64,000 bases of DNA from Pseudothermotoga sp. (GCA_031962025.1 JAVRKW010000001.1), one strand, 5' to 3'; positions 40,984-50,886 are shown, counted from the stretch's first letter. The notes: generated by a model from the letters alone, not told the origin. Program-made: numbers and translations.

Positions 40984-41837
40984 CTGTCCTTCAATCTTGG
41001 ATTCAAAGCGTCGTTAAGTCCATCTCCAAACAAATTAAATCCCATCACCGTCAAGAACAGTGCAATACCCGGGAAAATACCCAGATGAGGTGCTATTTCC
41101 AGATAAACCCTTGCCATCGCGAGATCTGTTCCCCATTCCGCTTCTGGTGGTTTGACTCCTAATCCAAGGAAACTCAATCCAGATATTGTCAATATAGCTG
41201 TTGCCATTCTAAGGGTAGCCTGTACAATTATCGGTGCCAACGCGTTTGGCACGACATATCTGATCAATATTGACATATTTGATTCTCCTATAGCTTTGGC
41301 TGCTTCTATGTATTCGTTATTCTTGACCGTTAAAACAGAGGCTCTCATAACTCTTGCAAACTGGGGAAATGAATAGACAGCGATAGCTATGATCAGATTA
41401 GATTTGCCAGGTCCCAATGCCGCGACGATGGCTATGGCAAGGAGTATGTCCGGGAATGCCATCAATATGTCTAAGAATCTCATTAAAACCTCATCGATGA
41501 CTCCACCAAAATACCCGGCGAGCGTTCCTGCTATTGCACCCATGAAGATTGCAATTATCACGGACAAAAAAGAAATAGATACAGATGTTCTTGCACCGTA
41601 GATTAACCTACTCAACACATCTCTTCCGAAGATATCGGTGCCAAATGGATGACGTAAAGATGGTCCCTCAAGACTCGAGAGCAGATCCTGCTTGTACGGA
41701 TCGTATGGTGCTATTAAAGGTGCCGCAAGAGCAATGATTATAATTGCAAATACAATGAACATACCAATCAACGCACCCTTGTTTTTGCTTATTCGCTTGA
41801 ATGTAATCGCCAGTGAACTTTTTCTTGGCATATTCAA
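40980..41837 (-). CDS. oppC: Oligopeptide ABC permease
   Basis: HPFGTDIFGRD and EAA loop motifs. Confidence 0.93.
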   Translation of the reverse strand: MNMPRKSSLAITFKRISKNKGALIGMFIVFAIIIIALAAPLIAPYDPYKQDLLSSLEGPSLRHPFGTDIFGRDVLSRLIYGARTSVSISFLSVIIAIFMGAIAGTLAGYFGGVIDEVLMRFLDILMAFPDILLAIAIVAALGPGKSNLIIAIAVYSFPQFARVMRASVLTVKNNEYIEAAKAIGESNMSILIRYVVPNALAPIIVQATLRMATAILTISGLSFLGLGVKPPEAEWGTDLAMARVYLEIAPHLGIFPGIALFLTVMGFNLFGDGLNDALNPRLKDR

Positions 41838-42751
41838 CCCCGCCTCAATCTCGGATCAACCAGTGCATATAGAATATCGACAAACAAGTTTACTAAGACG
41901 AAGGACATAGCTATTACCATTATTCCAACCTGAACGGCTATATAGTCGCGATTGAAAATGGAATCCACAACATACCTGCCAAGCCCGGGCCAGCCGAATA
42001 CACTCTCGGTCAGCACGGCACCACCGAGAAGATAACCAAACTGCAACCCGATAACCGTTATTATTGGAATAAGGGCATTTCTCAAAACGTACTTGTACAC
42101 AATTTTTCTTCTTGCCAGGCCGAACGCCTTGGCTGTTCTCACATAATCCTGGTTGAGAACCTCAAGCATACTGGCACGTGTCATTCTTGCTATTATGGCT
42201 GATGTTGCAAGACCAAGTGTTATAGCAGGAAGAATTATGTGTTCGATTCCTCCTTTACCGCCAGATGGCAGCCAGCCAAGAGTAACAGAAAAAGTGATTA
42301 TCAATAAGATGCCCAACCAAAAAATGGGCATAGAGACACCAATTAGAGAGAAGAACATGGCAAAACTATCGATCCACGTATTTCTCCGCACTGCGGAAAC
42401 AATACCAAGCGAGATGCCTATTATTGAAGAGATAATTATACTTACTAAAGCAAGCTGAACAGTATTGAGAAATCTCGGTGAGATTTCCTTCAAAATCGGT
42501 CTTTCAGTTTTTATAGATCTCAAATCATTTGTCAAAATTCCCTGCATAAATCTGAAGTATTGTTCAATCAAGGGTTTATTCAAACCGTATTTGTTACGTA
42601 TCGCTTCGATGTCTTCTTTTGTTGCGCCTTCTCCAGCTATGATCCGGGCTGGATCACCAGGTATCATGTGCATTATCGAAAAAGATATTATTGAAACTCC
42701 AATTATTACTGGTATCAGAAGTAGTAATCTTCGCGTGATGAACTTGATCAC
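41834..42751 (-). CDS. oppB: Oligopeptide ABC permease
   Basis: PGDPA, DYVRTAKAFG and ESVFGWPGLG motifs; start set at GTG 42751. Confidence 0.92.
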   Translation of the reverse strand: MIKFITRRLLLLIPVIIGVSIISFSIMHMIPGDPARIIAGEGATKEDIEAIRNKYGLNKPLIEQYFRFMQGILTNDLRSIKTERPILKEISPRFLNTVQLALVSIIISSIIGISLGIVSAVRRNTWIDSFAMFFSLIGVSMPIFWLGILLIITFSVTLGWLPSGGKGGIEHIILPAITLGLATSAIIARMTRASMLEVLNQDYVRTAKAFGLARRKIVYKYVLRNALIPIITVIGLQFGYLLGGAVLTESVFGWPGLGRYVVDSIFNRDYIAVQVGIMVIAMSFVLVNLFVDILYALVDPRLRRG

Positions 42752-42799
42752 CTGTAACACCCCACAGACACTGGGGTGTGCTGACACACCCCATAAAAT

Positions 42800-44359
42800 T
42801 CACTGATCAACCCAAGTATACATCATGTCAAAACGTTCGGTGGGGTAGATCTTCAGATCTTTGATTTCTTTACGCATAACTGTGGCGATTTTCATTTCAT
42901 ATAGAAATATCGCAGGAGCGTCCTGAACAATTGTTTTTTGCGCCTGAGCATAATATTCCATCAATTTCTTTTCATCGAGTTCGGTACCGATTTTGTCTAT
43001 GAGTTCATCGACTTTTGGATTGCTGTAGAAAAAATTGTTGTATTTTGCAGTGCCTTGAGGATTACCCACCTGATTCGACGAATGGAAAAGCGGGAACAGC
43101 ACCCAATGACCTTCAGCGGTACCGGGAGCCCAGCCAAGCAAGAACATCTGATAATCCCAATCTTCTGGTTTGTTGGAGAGTATTTTTGCCACATAGGTAC
43201 CCCATTCCATAGGTTTAACATCAAGAGTTATACCTATTTCTTTGAACATTCCCTGCAGTGCTACAGCAGTCTCATAGTCGTTCAAGTATCTTCCTTTCGG
43301 AGTAATGAGTTCTAGTTTTAAGCCGTTATAACCGGCTTCTTTCAACAGTTGCCTGGCTTTCTGAGGATCATAGGGATACAGACCTGTAGAAACATAGCCG
43401 TAAGTGATGCTCGATAAAGGTGAATCAGATGGTCGAGCCATATCTCTCATGATGACCTTGCAGAGTTTTTCTCTGTCAATAGCGTAATTGAGCGCCTGTC
43501 TGACCCTTACATCATTCAAAGGAGATATGCGACTGTTAATGCCTATGTAGATCACTCTCACAGTTGGTATGGTTTTCACAATTAATCTCGAATCCTGTTC
43601 CAGAGACGGGATTAATGCCGGAGGAGGGTTGTACATAACATCTGCATCAGCTGCTCTAACCTGGGTGACACGAGAAACATCTTCAGAAACAACGGAAAAG
43701 GTTATTCTATCCAGGTACGGTAATCCTTCTCGCCAATAATTTGGATTTCTTACCAACTCGATTCTTTCTCCTACTTTCCATTCTTTGAAAACAAATGGTC
43801 CGGTTCCAACAGGATTTCTTCCAAAAACAGCCGGATCGTTACCATACTTTTCAATAGCTTTTGGTGAAAGAATCCAGGCTGCAGAAGAAGTTGCCAATCG
43901 ATATAGTATTGGAGTATAAGGTTGAAAGAGCTTGAATTTAACTGTGTAATCGTCCAGTACCTGAACTTCTTTGATGATACCTTTGAACATACCAACATTT
44001 CTCAGAGACGAGTTGAGAACATAATCAAAATGCTTTTTAACTGCGTAGGCGTTGAAATCTTCACCGTCGTGGAATTTGACACCTTTTCTCAGATAAAACA
44101 CGTAGGCGGTCCCGTTCTCCTGAATTTCCCACCGCTCGGCAAGGCGTGGTATGATCTTTAAGTTTTCATCAACATCGATGAGTCCCTCGAGGATATGACT
44201 TGCGATTATGTTGCTTATTGAGTCTGGAATATTTGGTCCGAGCAGGGTTGTTGCGTCAACTCCGATCAAAAACCTGAGTGTTCCACCGTACTTGGCTGAA
44301 AAACTAAAAACAGCAAAAAGCAACAAAACGGCTAACACAGCTTTCCTCACCAGTTTCAC
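42800..44359 (-). CDS. Family 5 (OppA/DppA) solute-binding protein, copy 1
   Basis: Signal peptide; LRKGVKFHDG, GTGPF and VRQALNYAID motifs. Confidence 0.93.
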   Translation of the reverse strand: MKLVRKAVLAVLLLFAVFSFSAKYGGTLRFLIGVDATTLLGPNIPDSISNIIASHILEGLIDVDENLKIIPRLAERWEIQENGTAYVFYLRKGVKFHDGEDFNAYAVKKHFDYVLNSSLRNVGMFKGIIKEVQVLDDYTVKFKLFQPYTPILYRLATSSAAWILSPKAIEKYGNDPAVFGRNPVGTGPFVFKEWKVGERIELVRNPNYWREGLPYLDRITFSVVSEDVSRVTQVRAADADVMYNPPPALIPSLEQDSRLIVKTIPTVRVIYIGINSRISPLNDVRVRQALNYAIDREKLCKVIMRDMARPSDSPLSSITYGYVSTGLYPYDPQKARQLLKEAGYNGLKLELITPKGRYLNDYETAVALQGMFKEIGITLDVKPMEWGTYVAKILSNKPEDWDYQMFLLGWAPGTAEGHWVLFPLFHSSNQVGNPQGTAKYNNFFYSNPKVDELIDKIGTELDEKKLMEYYAQAQKTIVQDAPAIFLYEMKIATVMRKEIKDLKIYPTERFDMMYTWVDQ

Positions 44360-44386
44360 CTCCTTTGTGCGGTTTATTTGAATGGA

Positions 44387-44415
44387 ATTCTACCATGATC
44401 AAGAATTATTGTCAA
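44387..44415 (-). promoter_or_regulatory. Sigma70-type promoter for oppA copy 1 and the opp operon
   Basis: Minus strand TTGACA-17 nt-TAGAAT with a TG extension. Confidence 0.75.
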
Positions 44416-44510
44416 TGAGTTTTAGAGGTTGTATAAATTTGATAAACAAAAATTTGTGTATTAATAAAAGGGATGGATGAAAAGGGATGGTAAAATCTGG
44501 TGGGAAGATT

Positions 44511-44547
44511 AAAATAAAAAATGAGTGTGGCTTATGCCACACTCATT
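44511..44547 (-). terminator. Terminator after oppA copy 2
   Basis: AATGAGTGTGGC-4 nt-GCCACACTCATT perfect stem followed by a T-rich tail on the minus strand. Confidence 0.85.
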
Positions 44548-44549
44548 GA

Positions 44550-46088
44550 TCATTTATCGAACCAGGCGTATTTAACAATTACAAACTCTGTTGGCAATAT
44601 CCAAACATCTTTGAGTTCTTTTCTAAATGCTACGACATTAGCCATGTTATACAAAAATATCCATGGAGCATCCTGAACTATCAACTTTTGCACCTGGGCA
44701 TAATACTGTGTCAACTTGTTTCTATCAAGTTCAAAACCTATTTTGGTGATCAGATCATCTACTGTGGGGTTACTGTACAGGGCAAAATTGTCTCCTGTGC
44801 CGTTTGGTTTGATGTTGTCTGAGTGGAATAGTGGATATAAAACCCAGTGACCTTCACCGGTGGATGGAGCCCATCCAAGCAGGAACAATTCGTAGCTCAA
44901 ATTGTCAGGGTTATCCAAAAAGTTGAGATATGTAGCCCATTCCATTGGTTTAACATCTACAGTTACTCCAACTTCTTTGAGCATACCCTGAACGGCAATG
45001 GCAACTTCGTAATCATTCAGATATCTACCCTTGGGAGTGATCAGTTCCAGTTTTAGATTTTCCTGACCTGCTTCTTTTAGAAGTTGTCTGGCTTTCTGTG
45101 GATCATAGGGATAGCCGCCTGTTGGTGCGTAACCAACGGTGTACTTTGAGAGCGGTGAATCAGATGGAATAGCGAGATTCTTCATGATTGCAGAGCAAAG
45201 TTTACTCTTGTCGATTGCATAATTCAGTGCCTGTCTAACGCGCACATCGTTGAGCGGAGCCTTTCTGATATTCATACCTATGTAGATTACCCTCAGACTC
45301 GGTTCAATTCTGACATTGAGCCTATCGTCTTTTTGCAAGGTTGGTACTAAAGCAGGTGGTGGATTGAACATCACATCAGCATCACCGGCTCTCAACTGGT
45401 TCACTCGAGTCACATCCTCAGGTATTATCGTGAAAACGATTCCATCCAGATAAGGCTGACCCTGTCTCCAGTAGTTTGGATTTTTCACTAATTCTATTCT
45501 CTCGCCTACTTTCCATTCTTTGAGCATAAATGGACCTGTTCCCACAGCCATCCTGCCCAGTTTACCCGGATCTGAGCCAAACTCATCTATTGCCTTTGGA
45601 GAAGCGATGAGTGCACCCTCATGCGCGAGCCTGTAAAGAAATGGTGAAAATGGTTTTTCCAGTATGAAATTCACAGTGTAATCATCTACAACCTCAATTG
45701 TCTTGATAATCCCTTTGAACAGACCTGTTCTTCTCAAATTGTTGTTTAATACATAATCATAGTATTTTTTTACTGCCTGAGCGTTGAAATCTGCTCCGTC
45801 GTGGAATTTGACACCTTTTCTCAGATAAAAAGTGTAGACTGTTCCATCACTGGAGACTTCCCAGCGTTCTGCAAGTGCCGGCATTAAATTCAGTTTTTCA
45901 TCAAATTCGACAAGACCCTCAAAGATATGTCTACAAACAGTCCCACTGATGTTGTCAGTCTGGTTTGCAGGTAACAAACTTACAGCATCGGCACCCATGA
46001 CAAATCTCAATGTCCCGCCGTACTTAGCTGCAAAACTAAAAACGGCAACTGTCGCCAGAAAAAATACCACAAACCTTTTCATACTCAT
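44550..46088 (-). CDS. Family 5 (OppA/DppA) solute-binding protein, copy 2
   Basis: Same motifs as copy 1; clear paralogue. Confidence 0.93.
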   Translation of the reverse strand: MSMKRFVVFFLATVAVFSFAAKYGGTLRFVMGADAVSLLPANQTDNISGTVCRHIFEGLVEFDEKLNLMPALAERWEVSSDGTVYTFYLRKGVKFHDGADFNAQAVKKYYDYVLNNNLRRTGLFKGIIKTIEVVDDYTVNFILEKPFSPFLYRLAHEGALIASPKAIDEFGSDPGKLGRMAVGTGPFMLKEWKVGERIELVKNPNYWRQGQPYLDGIVFTIIPEDVTRVNQLRAGDADVMFNPPPALVPTLQKDDRLNVRIEPSLRVIYIGMNIRKAPLNDVRVRQALNYAIDKSKLCSAIMKNLAIPSDSPLSKYTVGYAPTGGYPYDPQKARQLLKEAGQENLKLELITPKGRYLNDYEVAIAVQGMLKEVGVTVDVKPMEWATYLNFLDNPDNLSYELFLLGWAPSTGEGHWVLYPLFHSDNIKPNGTGDNFALYSNPTVDDLITKIGFELDRNKLTQYYAQVQKLIVQDAPWIFLYNMANVVAFRKELKDVWILPTEFVIVKYAWFDK

Positions 46089-46203
46089 ACACCCCCTTGT
46101 GAGATCTTAATGAAAATTATAACACTTGAACAGGTGTTAAAGTCAAATTAACTATCAGAAGATCAAACTCAATTGGTGCAAAATATATCTGGAGGTGTTT
46201 TAA

Positions 46204-46707
46204 ATGAAAATACCACTGAAAGCTTTGATTTATCTGGCTGTTTTTTCTGTACTCCACTTTGGTTATGAGCTGCTAAAATGGCCTTTACTAATGATATTTT
46301 GCGGTACAGATGAATCTGTTTTTGAGCATCTCAAAATGGGATTTTGGGCTTATCTAATCACAGGACTAATTGAATATTTTTTCTGGCGGAATAAGATTCA
46401 GCTGAAGAATTTCTGGTATTCACGAATTTTTTCAGCAACACTCGTTCCTTGGTTCATTGTGATCATCTGGTACATGGCTGGACATTTCGAATCAATTGCC
46501 ATTGAATTGATCTGGGCATTTGCAGTTACTTTCCTTTCAGCGATTATGGGATCTTTTGTCGAAAGAAATATTCAAATGACTTCTTTAACAAAAGAGTTCA
46601 AAATGATCATCATTGTGATATTCCTTCTCTCAATAGTGTTTTATACAAGATTTTCGTTTTCAAAACCGTGGATTGATCTTTTTGTCAATCCTGAAAGTAT
46701 GGGCTAA
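46204..46707 (+). CDS. Hypothetical multi-TM membrane protein
   Basis: LHFGYE...ESVFEHLKM motif; 4-5 TMs; GGAGG RBS. Confidence 0.75.
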   Translation: MKIPLKALIYLAVFSVLHFGYELLKWPLLMIFCGTDESVFEHLKMGFWAYLITGLIEYFFWRNKIQLKNFWYSRIFSATLVPWFIVIIWYMAGHFESIAIELIWAFAVTFLSAIMGSFVERNIQMTSLTKEFKMIIIVIFLLSIVFYTRFSFSKPWIDLFVNPESMG

Positions 46708-46812
46708 AAAGACCTTTTGTTCAACTAATTGTTTCACGCAGAATATAGATCATTAAATGGTTCTCGTTTAATATTTTTGTGTGTTTTTATCCTTTTCGTG
46801 GGAGGGAGAAAA

Positions 46813-48147
46813 GTGGAGAAGCTCTTTCACTTGAAAGAGAACGGTACTACTGTGCGAAGAGAAGTGGTAGCAGGTATTACTACCTTTCTCACAATGGCTT
46901 ACATCGTTTTTGTAAACCCGTCTATTCTCATCAACGTTATTCCTGGTGCTACACCTGGCAGTGACCTTTACACACAGTTTTTTGGCGCTTTCATGGTGGC
47001 AACGATCCTTGGTTCTGTAACAGCAACATTGATCATGGGATTGTTCGCGAATTATCCGTTTGCTCTTGCGCCAGGAATGGGATTGAATGCATATTTTACC
47101 TTTACAGTATGTTTGAAAATGGGTATTGATTGGAAAGTCGCGCTCGCAGCTGTTTTCGTGGAAGGTCTAATATTTATCCTTTTAACCGTCACGGGTGCTC
47201 GTGGACTTGTGGTAAAGGCTGTACCGGATTCGGTGAAGCTGGCAACGGGTGCAGGTATAGGTCTGTTCATAGCATTCATAGGACTCAAAGGAGCTGGAAT
47301 CGTCGTTGCCGATCCAGCAACTTTTGTGAGTTTAGGACATTTGAAAGATCCAAATGTGATAGTTGCAATAATTGGATTTTTTGTAATAGTCATGCTTTTT
47401 GCTCTGAAAGTGCCAGGAGCAATAATGATCGGGATACTCACCAGTACTTTGATAGGTGCATTGCCAGTTTTTGGAGTGACAAATTATCAAGGTATGATTG
47501 GTAAAATTCCCAGTATCACTCCTACATTCATGAAAATGGATTTCAATCTTCAAGCTCTGGGCAGTGCTACATTCTGGATGGTCGTTTTCACATTCTTCTT
47601 TGTGGATTTTTTTGATACCCTTGGGACACTGACGGGACTGGCGGAATCGGCAGGTTTCATGAAAAATGGAGATTTACCAAGATCATCCAAAGCGTATCTT
47701 GCGGATGCTGTTGGTACATCTGTTGGTGCAGTTTTTGGCACTTCAACTGTGACTACATACATAGAAAGCAGTGCAGGTATAGCCGAAGGAGGTAGAACTG
47801 GCTTGACTGCAGTCGTAGTTGCTGTTTTGATGCTTTTGATGCTTTTCTTCTCGCCCCTTGCCATGACTGTACCGACAGCTGCAACTGCGCCAGCCTTGGT
47901 TTTTGTTGGTGTTTTGATGATTAAAACCCTAAAGAAAATCAACTGGGATGATATCACAGAAGCTGTACCAGCTTTTGTGACTCTGCTGATGATGCCATTG
48001 ACTTATTCGATAGCCAACGGCATAGCCCTTGGAATAATCACATATCCTGTCGTAAAACTGTTCGGCAAAAAGGCAAAACAGGTTCACTGGTTGACATGGA
48101 TCCTCGCTGCTGTTTTTGTCGTGTATCTGATATTTTTAAGAGAATGA
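46813..48147 (+). CDS. NCS2/AzgA-family purine permease (PbuG-like)
   Basis: REVVAGITTFLTMAYI, APGMGLNAYF and ESSAGIAEGGRTG motifs; start GTG 46813. Confidence 0.92.
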   Translation: MEKLFHLKENGTTVRREVVAGITTFLTMAYIVFVNPSILINVIPGATPGSDLYTQFFGAFMVATILGSVTATLIMGLFANYPFALAPGMGLNAYFTFTVCLKMGIDWKVALAAVFVEGLIFILLTVTGARGLVVKAVPDSVKLATGAGIGLFIAFIGLKGAGIVVADPATFVSLGHLKDPNVIVAIIGFFVIVMLFALKVPGAIMIGILTSTLIGALPVFGVTNYQGMIGKIPSITPTFMKMDFNLQALGSATFWMVVFTFFFVDFFDTLGTLTGLAESAGFMKNGDLPRSSKAYLADAVGTSVGAVFGTSTVTTYIESSAGIAEGGRTGLTAVVVAVLMLLMLFFSPLAMTVPTAATAPALVFVGVLMIKTLKKINWDDITEAVPAFVTLLMMPLTYSIANGIALGIITYPVVKLFGKKAKQVHWLTWILAAVFVVYLIFLRE

Positions 48148-48171
48148 AAGCGGGTGACTCCCGCTTTCATT
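48143..48171. terminator. Hairpin overlapping the stop codons of two convergent genes
   Basis: AATGAAAGCGGG-tgact-CCCGCTTTCATT. Confidence 0.75.
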
Positions 48172-48991
48172 TCAGTGATAAAAATCTTTCCCGGTGACCT
48201 GTGAGATATCCTACGACGATCTCGTTTAATTTTGGAAACCTTCCCACATCGGATCTGGTTCTCACCAGTACACTCGAACCGACTAAACCTATCACATCTG
48301 TGGCTTGCAGATTTTCTCCTTTATCAACTATTCTATGAGTTTCTTTGGCGTTGTCTATGGAATCTGAGTAAATTATTCTCCCTTCTTTGATAATTCCAAG
48401 ATGCGTGGCATATTCCTCGATTTCAAAGATCTCATGTGAACTGATCAGTATAGTTTTTCCCAAGTTGGCGTATTCTTTTAGCATATTCATTACTTCAAGC
48501 CTCACTGTGGGATCGAGATGTTGTGTTGGTTCATCGAGAATCAACAAATCAGCCTGGCTTGCAATGCACAGACCAACAAAGAAAATGGTTTTCATCCCGA
48601 TGGAATATGATTCTACTTTTTGAGAAAGATCAAAACCGTATCTTGCAACGAAATTTGAAAATACGGTGTCATCCCATTCTGGATAGAGTTTAGACCACAT
48701 CTGCACATAATCTTTTGCTGTGAAATTCCTGAAGACAGACCTTTCTTCAGAAACAACTGCTATTTTTTCCTTCAGTTGAGGTTCGCTGAAACTATCGTAC
48801 TTTTTGCCAAAAAGCTGTATCTCTCCGGCATCGATTTTCAGTGCACCGGTTATGCATCTTATCGTCGTTGTCTTACCAGCTCCATTCGGTCCCACCAATG
48901 CAAATACAGTTCCTTCATCGATGCTGAACGATACATCACTTAAGACCTGTTTATTACCAAGCTGTTTTCTCAAGTGTTCAACAAGAATCAT
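48167..48991 (-). CDS. ABC-2 type exporter ATPase (YtrB-like)
   Basis: GPNGAGKT, YSIGMK, LDEPT and SSH motifs. Confidence 0.9.
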   Translation of the reverse strand: MILVEHLRKQLGNKQVLSDVSFSIDEGTVFALVGPNGAGKTTTIRCITGALKIDAGEIQLFGKKYDSFSEPQLKEKIAVVSEERSVFRNFTAKDYVQMWSKLYPEWDDTVFSNFVARYGFDLSQKVESYSIGMKTIFFVGLCIASQADLLILDEPTQHLDPTVRLEVMNMLKEYANLGKTILISSHEIFEIEEYATHLGIIKEGRIIYSDSIDNAKETHRIVDKGENLQATDVIGLVGSSVLVRTRSDVGRFPKLNEIVVGYLTGHRERFLSLK

Positions 48992-49560
48992 CTTTCACCA
49001 CCTCTTTGTGTGAAGAGCCTGTATGCCGTATAGACCAGAATAACTGCAAAAATAAGTGAAGCAAGGATATTTGCCTGATATGAAGGACTTATCAACTTAT
49101 AAGGATTGAAAGTAGGACCGATACGGCTTGATCCAATGCCACCGAGCACTAAATCTGCTAACAGAAACAAGAATGCGGCACCATACGGATCAAATCCAAC
49201 ACTGACAGCAGATATCACCACTCCAAAGTAAGATGAAAAGAAGATGAGTACTTTGAGCAGTATCAGCCAAGAATATATTGAGTGATCAGCAAAGATCAAG
49301 CCCACAAAGAAAGTCATTGAAATCAACATTGAAAGAAACAGATATTCCATGTAGAACAATTGTTTTCTGGTAAATGGCAAAAAGATCATCAAATCGAGTT
49401 TTTTCTGTCTAATGTCGGATGCAAGGGAAAACAGTATTATGAAAAAAGCTCCGAATGCCTTGGCGCCGAAATTTGGAAAAAGCATCACGGCTAAGAAAAA
49501 AACCATGCTTGAGTATTTTTCAAGAAGCTGTTTTTTCACATAAACATCAAAGTTTTTCAT
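48988..49560 (-). CDS. Probable ABC-2 permease
   Basis: About 5-6 TMs, LPFTRKQL motif; lies between the GntR gene and the ATPase. Confidence 0.75.
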   Translation of the reverse strand: MKNFDVYVKKQLLEKYSSMVFFLAVMLFPNFGAKAFGAFFIILFSLASDIRQKKLDLMIFLPFTRKQLFYMEYLFLSMLISMTFFVGLIFADHSIYSWLILLKVLIFFSSYFGVVISAVSVGFDPYGAAFLFLLADLVLGGIGSSRIGPTFNPYKLISPSYQANILASLIFAVILVYTAYRLFTQRGGER

Positions 49561-49918
49561 TCTTCCACACCTCCTCAATCAACAACAAAGAAGTATAAAG
49601 ATCAAGACCTTTCGATTTGAGATTGCTAACCAATTTTTTTATTTCCTGAGTAATCTGTGGATCGATTGAAACATTCTTTGCGACGAAGTATCCTATCCCT
49701 TGCTCTGACACCAGGAAACCTTCATTTTTGAGCTTATCAAGAGCCTTCAATATTGTATTCACGTTGACGTCGAAGATTGTTTCAAGTTCTCTTACAGGAG
49801 GCAACTGTGACTCAGCTTTGAGATTCCCAAGCAGTATTTCGGATTTAATCTGATTCATGATCTGAAGATAAACAGGTATACCACTGTGTTTATCGACCTT
49901 TCTCAGCATCTGAATCAC
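49547..49918 (-). CDS. GntR family regulator, YtrA subfamily
   Basis: PVYLQI...LPPVREL...VNVNT...QGIGYFV with a short C-terminus. Confidence 0.9.
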   Translation of the reverse strand: MIQMLRKVDKHSGIPVYLQIMNQIKSEILLGNLKAESQLPPVRELETIFDVNVNTILKALDKLKNEGFLVSEQGIGYFVAKNVSIDPQITQEIKKLVSNLKSKGLDLYTSLLLIEEVWKNEKL

Positions 49919-50841
49919 TCTCTCACTATTCTGATACCAGAGCTATCAAGTCGGATATCTGCCTTTGATTTATTTCTCAATGTGATCTTTCCACCTGTAC
50001 CATCGGCTTTCAGGTAAAGATCATCCGGACCAAGGTAAGTTAAAGTTCCATTTATTCCTGTTCCATCGATGGACAGAGAACTACAACTGGAAAGTACCAT
50101 GTCAAAAGATATACCGGTTCCATCTATTCTGATCGCTTCAAACTCGAACTCACCTTTGAGATTTATTCCTGTACCGTCTATGTACAGTGACTTTCCAGCC
50201 AATTTACCGTTTACATTTACGCCTGTGCCGTTGATTGACAGACGATTTGCTACGATTTTTCCTTTGACATTTACTATGGTGCCATCGATATAAAGCGAGT
50301 TTATTTGACATTCGCCGCCGATAGACACAGCTGCTGTGTTTATCTGTAGATCCTGTAACTGGTCAGTGCCGATCTCGATAATGTATTTTTTGTCAGGATG
50401 GCTTCCATAGATCCTTATTTCATCATTTGAGGTACTCACATCAAGTTCATCTGAGAGTCGAATTGAATGAGAATCGGTAAAACGTATGTCTACACTCATT
50501 TGTCCATCGATAACAACCTTCGATTTTAGATCAATTGATTTTGAAGGCTCAACTTCCTTGAAAAATCCGGTGAAAGGAAAATGAAAAACATCTTGAAAAC
50601 TCTGCAAAATGATGTGTGAGTAAATGCCAATGCTTGATGGAATTAAGAAGATTATAATTGCCAGTGCCATAAAACCAGCCATGTGTCTTACATAGCTTTT
50701 GAACATGAAGGCTAAAATCACCACGGCAATGAAGGCAAGTACAATCTTCAACGGTATAAAAGGTAACAGCCATCCAAGAGTTCCCAAAATCGCTGTGATC
50801 AGCGCTACCTGAAGAAACTTTGACTGTCTAATTAACTGCAC
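49915..50841 (-). CDS. Membrane protein with repetitive beta-rich (DUF4097/adhesin-like) domain
   Basis: 3 TMs followed by roughly 19-aa repeats containing I(D/N)GTG. Confidence 0.65.
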   Translation of the reverse strand: MQLIRQSKFLQVALITAILGTLGWLLPFIPLKIVLAFIAVVILAFMFKSYVRHMAGFMALAIIIFLIPSSIGIYSHIILQSFQDVFHFPFTGFFKEVEPSKSIDLKSKVVIDGQMSVDIRFTDSHSIRLSDELDVSTSNDEIRIYGSHPDKKYIIEIGTDQLQDLQINTAAVSIGGECQINSLYIDGTIVNVKGKIVANRLSINGTGVNVNGKLAGKSLYIDGTGINLKGEFEFEAIRIDGTGISFDMVLSSCSSLSIDGTGINGTLTYLGPDDLYLKADGTGGKITLRNKSKADIRLDSSGIRIVRE

Positions 50842-50860
50842 AACAACACCTCCATTTATA

Positions 50861-50886
50861 TAGTGTTCTATATAAATATAACACTA
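50861..50886. promoter_or_regulatory. Probable YtrA-type operator
   Basis: TAGTGTT-N12-AACACTA perfect inverted repeat about 20 nt upstream of the operon start. Confidence 0.7.

Noticed and set aside
44440..44455. Partial match of the predicted TnpB guide (minus-strand TTTTGTTTATC) upstream of oppA1
   Set aside because: The match is short, AT-rich, mismatched in the seed and has no adjacent TTGAT, so it is expected by chance.
46708..46812. Purine riboswitch upstream of the NCS2 permease
   Set aside because: None of the conserved purine aptamer core segments are recognisable, and the leader is short and T-rich.
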